From: Azolla caroliniana
Taxonomy: Eukaryota; Plantae; Polypodiophyta
Direction of reading: 5' to 3'
Assembly: GCA_043228905.1 (NCBI GenBank)
Contig: JBHGNT010000009.1
Location: 7,192,001-7,256,000, forward strand
DNA: 64,000 nt
Shown here piece by piece: positions 55,619-64,000 of this stretch (its first letter is position 1; every line of letters begins with the position of its first letter). The notes under the pieces are model-generated. The model ran no database searches. It was given only the letters and a program-made list of their open reading frames with translations, and was not told the origin of the DNA. Both the position numbers and the translations under genes were made by a program.

Positions 55619-58600
55619 TGTTGGGAAACAGGTCCCTCCGGATGGGAAGCGAGAAGAACAATGCCTATAAACAAACTCGGCCGAGGCCGAGACCGGATGA
55701 GGAGTACCCAGCTACGGAGAGTTGGATGATACAGACCTGGTGAAGACTGGATGAGGAGTACCCGGCTACGGAGAGCCGGATGATATAGACCCAGTGAAGA
55801 CCGGATGAGGAGCACCCGGCTACGGAGAGCCAGATGACGCAGACCTGGTGAAGACCGGATGAGGAGCACTCGACTACGGAGAGCCGGATGGTGCAGGCCC
55901 GGTATGAACCGGATGAGGAGTACTCGGCTACGGAGAGCCGAATGGTACAGGCCCGGTATGAACCGGATGAAGAGACATATTCGTAAATATGTTTCTGAGA
56001 GCCCATTGAGGCTACATTTGTAAATAGCCGAAAAGTCATATTAGTATAAATATGGCTTAGGGCAAACCTTTTAGAGTGTGTTGGACGTTGTGATTTTTCT
56101 TGTTGGTGCAAGAAGTTAGAGTGTGTAACTGTACAGAGGTAGAGAGAGAGACGAGGTCGTTGCCTCTGTTGTAACCGCCTCCTATGGCGAAGATCGTGAG
56201 TCCGAGGTCGTTGCCTCCATGAACTCACGGTTTTGTACATTCATACATAGTGATAGTTTGCAGCCTGTGGGCTGCCGTGGTTTTTCCCCTAGTTTGGGGT
56301 TTTCCACGTTAACCTCATGTGTATTCTTCCTCTCCTTTGTGTCGCGCTTCATTTCTCGTTTTCTGTGTATGAAAATAATCTTGGTTGTGGCCGAGCGTTG
56401 GACATAAGGAGCATTGAGTTCTCGTCAAGTGGTATCAGAGCGAAACGACAAAGAAAATGGACGAATCGTTTGGCGGCATGTTCAAGCTCACCGGCTCCAA
56501 CTATTCAGTGTGGAAGTCGAAGATGAGGGACATGCTCGTGGTTGAAGACCTCTAGCTGCCGGTTCAGTTTGGGGACAAGAGACCGGACAAAATCGACGCC
56601 GCGATATGGGAGGTGATGCACATGAAGACAACGGCGTACATACGGTGCTTCATCGACATGAGCCTGTACAACAACTTCAATGAAGAGAGCAAGGCTCATG
56701 AGCTCTGGGAGAAGATCGGCATAATGTTTCAAAAAAAAAATGTTGTTAATCAGGTTTCGGTATTCCGAAAGCTAGTAAGACTCTGGTACCAAGATGGCTC
56801 TAGCATGGCGGAGCATATGAATGCCTTCCAGGGGCTGATACACCAGGCAACGTCATTGGAAGTACCTCTTGCCGATGAGGTACTAGTGCTACTCTTGCTC
56901 GGTTCCCTCCCGGATAGCTGGGAGACGTTGGTTGTCACTTTGGGCAACGCCGGGCTGGAAGGAAAACGGTTATCCCTAGCAAGAGTAAAGTCGAGCCTGC
57001 TAGATGAGGAGGCGCGTCGGAAGGATAAAGATATGAGCTCCGACTCCAAAGCGCTCCTTATTGAATCAGAACACGGAAGACATAGAAACCGTAGTCCCCA
57101 GAACTGGGAGAAGTCGGGGACACGGTCAAAGTCAAGGGGGAGGCCTACTTGCTTCTATTGCGGCAAGCTGGGACACTTCCAAAAGAACTATCGGCATTTC
57201 CGTAAAGACAAGGAAACGGACGGTACCGATTCGAAGCAAACCCTGGACCGGAACGGTAAAGACCGAAACGGTAAAGACCGGAGGGGGCCAGACCGGAAGG
57301 GAACGACGGCAATCGCGGCAAGTGAAGAAGAATTGATACTCATCACCGAGGAGTGTGAGATAAACCTTGCCGGCGACGAGATGACCTGGGTGGTAGACTC
57401 CGGAGCATCGTTCCACCTTACCCCGGACCGGAAATGCTTCTCATCCTACTCAGTCGGTGATCACGGCTGTGTCTGGATGGGGAACGAAGGTACATGCCGA
57501 ATTGTCGGCATAGGAGACGTGTGGCTGTCAACACCAACCGGATGCAAGTTGCTGTTGAAGGATGTCCGACACGTTCCGGAGGTTCGTCTGAACCTGATAT
57601 CAGCCGGTCGCCTAGATGATGAAGGCAACACGGGTAGCATCCGGAACGGTGTCATGAAGTTCAGCAAAGGGAGCCTGATTGTGGCCCGGGCCCGGAAGGT
57701 AAACACGTTGTACCTGATGAATGCCCGGTTCTGCCCGGAAGAAGTGAACGTGGCATCCGACACTGCCGGTGAGTTGTGGCACAAGAGGCTGTGTCATATG
57801 AGCGAGAAGGGGATGAAGAGGCTTGCAGACGACAACCTCATTCCAGTGAAGAACATGCACTTAGAGAAGTGCACTTATTGTCTGGCCGGTAAGCAGAACC
57901 GGACCTCCTTCCGACCAAGGCCACCGATGAGACGTATTGCACCACTGGAGTTGGTGCATACAGATGTGTGTCAGGTAGACACGAAGTCACATGCCGGAGC
58001 GCAGTACTTCGTGACGTTCATAGATGACCACAGCCGGAAGCTGTGGGCCACACCACTGAAGACGAAGGATCAGGTGCTATCTGTCTTCAAAGAGCTCCAC
58101 GCGAGAGTGGAAAGAGAAACCGGTCGGAAGCTGAAGGCGGTTCGAGCAGATAACAGAGGAGAGTACCGGGGGCAGTTCGAGGAGTGCTGCCGCTCGAAGG
58201 GAATCCGGCTCGAATTTACCGTGCCAAAAACGCCGGAACTAAACGGACTGGCCGAGAGGATGAACCGGACCATAATGGAGAGGGTCCGGAGTATGCTAGC
58301 GCATGCAAAACTACCCAAGAAGTTTTGGGCTGAGGCACTGTCGACGGCGACATATGTGATTAATAGATCACCCTCAATACCCCTGGACGGAGACACGCCA
58401 CAGAGAGTGTGGACCAATAAGGAAGTATCCTACCGGCATCTGAAGGTGTTCGGGTGTCTCGCGTACGTGCATGTAGCTAAGGACCGGAGAGGAAAGTTAG
58501 ATCCAAAAACCCGGCCATGCATATTCCTCGGTTACGGTGACGATGAGTTCGGCTACCGAGTGTGGGACCCGGTTGACAAGAAGGTATTCCGGAGTCGAGA

Positions 58601-61259
58601 TATTATCTTCATGGAGGACAAGACGCTCGCCGACTGGGAGTCGGAGAAGAAGATAATGAACTCCGAGTCGACCGGTAAGGATAGACTCTACGATGAGCAG
58701 CCAACCTGCAAGAGACTGGTTAGCACTCGAGGAACCAGCCGGTTACGGTGAGGATACCGAACCGGCAGAAGAAGAAGTAGAAGAAGCTGAGACCGGAACC
58801 GGCCTAGACCCCGAATCGGATTCGGATGAAAGCCCGAAGACGTAGATATCCTCTCAGAGAGAGAAGGGCCCCCCGGAGATTTCCGGATGCAGAGCATGTT
58901 CTGCGGACCGATGAGGGGGAGGGAGCCGGAAAGCTTCGAAGAAGTGAAGGAAGACATCCACAGCCGAAAATGGTTAAGTGCCATGCAGGATGAGATGGAT
59001 TCCCTGCATGAGAACCATAGATACGAATTGGTGGAGTTGCCGAAAGGAAAGCGGGCACTCCGAAACAAGTGGGTGTACAAATTGAAACCGGGAGATGTCG
59101 ACAACCCCCCGAGATACAAAGCCAGGATCGTGGTGAAGGGGTACCAGCAGAAGAAGGGCGTGGACTTTGACGAGATATTTGCCCCGGTTGTAAAGATGAC
59201 CTCCATCCGTACGGTGCTGAGTATAACAGCAAGCATGGACCTTGAGGTAGAGCAGCTGGACGTGAAGACGACATTCCTTCACGGCGACCTCGAAGAGGAG
59301 ATCTACATGCAGCAACCGGAAGGTTTCGTGGAGAAAGGGAAGGAGCACCTGGTATGCCGGTTGAAGAAGAGCCTGTATGGACTGAAGCAGGCTCCCCGGC
59401 AATGGTACCGGAAGTTCGACTCCTTCATGACCGATCAAGGGTACCACAAGACACAGGCCGATCACTGTGTGTTTGTGAAGAAGCTCGAAGGAGGTGACTT
59501 CTTAATACTCCTCCTATACGTGGATGACATGTTGATCGTCGGACGTGACCAAGTCAAAATACGGATGCTGAAGAAGGCTCTCAACCGAACCTTCTCAATG
59601 AAAGACTTGGGTCCGACAAGACAGATGTTGGGGATGCACATCATCCGTAACCGGAAAGCGAAGCAATTATGGCTGTCACAGGAGAAGTACGTGACAAAGG
59701 TGCTTCACCAGTTCAACATGTCAGAAGCGAAACCAGTCGGATCGACACTTCCGGCAAACTGCAGGCTATCCGGCAAGCAAAGCCCGAAGACGAAAGCAGA
59801 GAAGGCGGATATGATGAAGATTCCAGATGCCTCTGCCTTCGGGAGCTTGATGTACGCAATGGTTTGTACTCGACCGGATATAGGATACGCAATTGGAGTA
59901 GTGAGCCGGTTCATGAGTAATCCCGGCAAGGAGCACTGGAACGCAGTCAAATGGATACTTCGGTATTTGAAGGGCACTTCAAGTATGTGTCTCCGATTCG
60001 GCTCCGGAAAACCTCAACTGGACGGTTTCACCGATTCGGACATGTCGGCTGATGTGGATACCAGCCGGTCTACATCCGGGTATGTGATGACATATGCAGG
60101 GGGAGCTGTTTCGTGGCAGTCGAGGCTGCAGAAGACGGTTGCATTGTCAACCACAGAGGCGGAGTACATGGCGGCTGTGGAAGCCGGCAAGGAAATATTA
60201 TGGATGAAGGACTTCATCGGAGAGCTCGGTATCCGGCAAGAGGAATACCGACTCTACTGCGACAGTCAAAGTGCCATCCACCTTGCCAAGAATGCGGCCT
60301 ACCATTCCTGGACGAAGCATATCCAGCGTAGGTATCACTGGATCCGGGAAAGAGTAGATGACCAGGAGTTCGCACTGACTAAGATCCACACGGCACAGAA
60401 CGGGTCAGATATGCTGACCAAAGATCTGACACCTGACAAGCTGGACGCATGCCGGAAGAGAATCGGACTGGTAGGACACCCCATGCCGGAGTGAAGGGGG
60501 AGTTTGTTGGGAAACAGGTCCCTCCGGATGGGAAGCGAGAAGAATAGTGCCTATAAACAAACTCGGCCGAGGCCGAGACCGGATGAGGAGTACCCGGCTA
60601 TGGAGAGTCGGATGATACAGACCCAGTGAAGACCGGATGAGGAGCACCCGGCTACGGAGAGCCGGATGACGTAGACCCGGTGAAGACCGGATGAGGAGCA
60701 CTCGGCTACGGAGAGCCGAATGGTGCAAGCCCGGTATGAACCGGATGAGGAGTACTCGGCTACGGAGAGCCGAATGGTACAGGCCCGGTATGAACCGGAT
60801 GAAGAGACATATTCGTAAATATGTTTTTGAGAGCCCATTGAGGCTACATTTGTAAAGAGCCGAAAAGTCATATTAGTATAAATATGGCTTAGGGCAAACC
60901 TTTTAGAGTGTGTTGAACGTTGTGATTTTTCTTGTTGGTGCAAGAAGTGAGAGTGCGTAACTGTACAGAGGTAGAGAGAGAGACGAGGTCGTTGCCTCTG
61001 TTGTAACCGCCGCCTGTGGCGAAGATCGTGAGTCCGAGGTCGTTGCCTCCGTGAACTCACGGTTTTGTACATTCATACATAGTGATTGTTTGCAGCTTGT
61101 GGGCTGCCGTGGTTTTTCCCCTAGTTTGGGGTTTTCCATGTTAACCTCCTGTGTATTCTTCCTCTCCTTTGTGTCGCGCTTCATTTCTCGTTTTCTGTGT
61201 ATGAAAATAATCTCGGTTGTGGCCGAGCGTTGGACATAAGGAGTGTTGAGTTCTCGTCA
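55619..61259 (+). mobile_element. CopG: full-length Tork-like copia
   Basis: LTRs at 55619-56427 and 60505-61259. TSD GACTC. PBS at 56430-56441. PPT at about 60493-60502. Confidence 0.97.
56457..60494 (+). pseudogene. CopG gag-pol; stop at 56553 and frameshifts at about 58700-58925
   Basis: All copia domains are present; small indels in the INT-RT linker. Confidence 0.93.
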
Positions 61260-61264
61260 GACTC

Positions 61265-62730
61265 ATGGAGCATGGGGAATGTGAAAGCTCATAATTTATG
61301 TGTCATAGAATATGATTCTAGGACTCATACTAAATGCTAGAATACAAAGTGGTGACATAATGGTGAGTCTTGATCGTTGGAGTGTCTATTCACTCTCAAG
61401 CTGAGTTCACACACTAGACCAAGTTGAGCTTGATTCTCAACATAAATTATGCACCTAAATCTACAATCCATGTTGTCACAAAGCATCATTCAGAGTAAAC
61501 AAGGCATTAATTAGATCCCTCTTTGTAATCAACATGCCTTGTGTATGAATATTAACATACACATCATTACTTTCAACATGATTTGTTGCCATTGAAGCAC
61601 ACAAAATAGCGTCTATATCTAATGGTTCTTCAATGATGACACTAGAGGTTGCTTTGGCCTTCTCTTTGTCCTTGTCCTTAAAGTTGTTATGTGCTTCATT
61701 CTCACTATCCGTTTTCTCTTGTCACCTATGTTCTTCTTTCTTTTTAATTCAACTTTGTAATACCTACAATCAGGCTTCTTATGATCTTTCCTACCAAATT
61801 GATAAAAAGTCACTACAACGTTGCCTTTGCTTTTGCTCCTAATCTTTTGTACATTTCCACTTATCTTTTTTGCTCTTCCTCTAACCATATTGGCTGAACC
61901 ACTTCCCTTTCCACTAGCCTTCGTCCTGATTTCCTCATTCTACATAGAGCCCCTTACACCATTAAGGGTAAGATTAGGGTTATTCAATGGTGAAACAACT
62001 AATGTTTCCCACGAATTAGGTAAGGTCATCAACAATAAGATGGCCTTAAGCTTATCATCAAAGGAAGGTAATCTAAAGTCTCGCAATTGTGAGAGAGTAC
62101 CTATAAACGAGATAAGAGCTCAACTACACATTTTGACTCATCAAGTTACATACACACTAGCTTACACATGATACACACTCAATTTACAAGTGTGGTAATT
62201 TCATAAGTTACGCTTTCCGCGTCTCCCATAACTAAAACATAGTTGTCAGGCTCTTTAGATCCACTAAGATCTCATTTGGTACAACCATTTTGATGTAAGT
62301 GATGGCCTTCTTATTTAGTTTTATCCATTCTAAATCTGTCATATCTTCGGGCTTGACTTTAAAAACTGCCCCTTCACAATCGTTAAGCAGAATGTCTAAA
62401 ATTTTCCATCTTTCCATAAATCAAAACACTACCTTCAAATCTCTTTATCTCAAACAAGCTTTTGAATAAGAGGAGCTAGTAGTCATATTTGCCTCAAAAG
62501 TTAAAAAACTAATCACCAAAAAAGGTAAAATCACTTTATGTCTTGTGCACGATCACTTAACGAGACAAATTCTTCGCGATTAAACTCTCTAGCTCTGATA
62601 CCAGTTGATAGAGATGTGATGGCATGGTCAATTGCTCCAAAACACCAAGGGAGTGGGTTGTTGTGTGAGGAGAGAGAAAGTAGGGAAAATTGTGCAGAAA
62701 AATGGAGAGGAAACCCTAACCGTTAAAAGT
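61265..62730 (-). mobile_element. CopH: highly decayed copia 5' part (LTR end 62606-62730, PBS 62592-62603, gag/PR remnants)
   Basis: GCTCTGATACCA on the plus strand. Remnants WIKLNKKAITYI, LLMTLPNSWETLV and a degenerate knuckle GRKDHKKPDC. Confidence 0.78.
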
Positions 62731-64000
62731 TGTAAAAACAAATAGGGTGCGGAAGCAATAGAAAACAGAAAACAGAGAACAAGTTTAATGGAGAGCTTAA
62801 CAGTACGCGGGAGAGACACAAAGAGAGCAAAACAAGAATCACTACTCAAAAAATTATATCAAGATTCTGTACATAGTATGTGTACAACGAACACTTTTAT
62901 ACAAGTCCATACAGACTGACAGAAGTACGGTGTACTTCAATGCTCACTCGAGCCTCTAACACTAACTACGAGAGTATTAACTCCCTCGTAGTCTAGCTAC
63001 TACTAGGCTTCCGGTTACTGAAGGATCCAGCTAACCGGCTCCCCAGCTCACCAACTCTTTTGCTCACCGGGTGCTCACCAGCTCACTGATCTGTCTCGCT
63101 CACCGGCTCAGGCTTGTTCAGCCGATCCGGCTCCAATTGAGCTTGCCCCTCAACACTCCTCCTGAAGCTCAACTTGAGGTCCGGTTGTAGTGTCAACGTC
63201 TGTGGCAACTGGTCCTTCTGCTCGGCTCCTTCTGGCGTCACTCCACCTTGCTCACGCTCCTCGTCCAGTCCGGTTCTGTTTGCCCCGACCCTTCTTGTTT
63301 TGCGCACCTCGACCTCCTCGGTCAGCTTGTCTGCTCAAAAGGCCCAATTCAGCTCCCTCGCTGTTGTGACTTCGGCGCGTGCCGGTTCGCCGATTCCTTC
63401 GTGTTGGCGTTGACTTTCGCTGCCTTCTCGTCCTCTTGGCCTTGAATTGATCCAGTCCTACCGAATCGACTGTCTCTGATTCGTTCCAGCTCTTGTCCAA
63501 ATCGGTCGCTCCCGATTCGAGGCCCTTCACCACATCGAACCATGTCCAGGTCTTGGCCTTGGCCTTCTTCCTTCGGTTAGCTCTGTCCTTCTTGACTCTA
63601 CTGCCACTGCTGCTTGTTCCGACTTGTTCGGATGTGTCGACTTCCTTTGTCGATTTGGCTCCTTTCTTCTTCTTGTCTCTCCCTTTATTGGTTCTTCCCT
63701 CACCGGCGCAATCGGCAGTCTCTTAGCCTTTGCCCGTTCCGGTGTTTTTGCCCGTTCTCCCCCTCTAGTGTGGCACGTCGAGATGCTGAACACCAAGCAT
63801 TTCGGTGAAGTGCTGCAACTTGTCCAATCCGAGTGGTTTGGTGAAGATGTCGGCAACTTGCCGATCCGTGTGAACATACCAAAGTTCGACCTCACTACTC
63901 AGGACACGCTCACGCACGAAGTGATAGTGCACTTCTATGTGCTTTGTGCGACCATGGAATACAGGGTTCTTGGCGAGCTGCAGGCTGCTTATGTTGTCAC
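62731..64000 (-). mobile_element. CopI: 3' end of a CopB-related copia inserted into the CopH LTR (LTR 62731-63155, PPT 63156-63163, RNase H end)
   Basis: RNase H remnants LARTLY/FHGRTKHIEVHYHF and ADIFTK. LTR termini resemble those of CopB. Confidence 0.88.

Noticed and set aside
29196-61239. Numerous 60-220 aa ORFs in LTRs and antisense to pol
   Set aside because: They are shadow ORFs of GC-rich coding DNA and 54-bp repeats, with no independent domain evidence.

Overview
Eukaryotic plant DNA, probably from a non-seed land plant such as a fern (inferred from TE types, not verified). About 80% is nested LTR retrotransposons, which I resolved from TG..CA termini, PBS, PPT and target-site duplications (TSDs). 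(1) GypI is a large, decayed Athila/OTA-like Ty3/gypsy on the minus strand (3372-29164; its 3' end lies outside the window). It hosts three younger insertions: copia CopA (1-3371), copia CopB (9117-14410) and gypsy GypII-a (22064-29104). (2) A GC/CCGG-rich Tnt1/Tork-like copia family has five copies (CopA, C, E, F, G). (3) CopD (35293-40736) is an intact AT-rich copia with a 1448-aa ORF and apparently identical LTRs. (4) A 3-kb RING-H2 gene cassette is bracketed by 36-bp direct repeats. (5) One clear host gene is present: a 3-exon root-cap/LEA-related secreted protein (47053-48698, minus). (6) There is also a gypsy/copia deletion chimera and several relics. The best candidate novelty: removing CopB in silico shows that the GypI polyprotein continues in frame past the integrase GPY module into a coiled coil, a second complete aspartic-protease domain and a duplicated ~96-aa repeat. 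A hairpin array and an apparently spliced accessory ORF follow. The second candidate is GypII, an atypical fungal-like gypsy with a tRNA-Trp PBS, 4-bp TSD, a DHG protease in ORF1 and a G_GAT_TTT -1 frameshift site.
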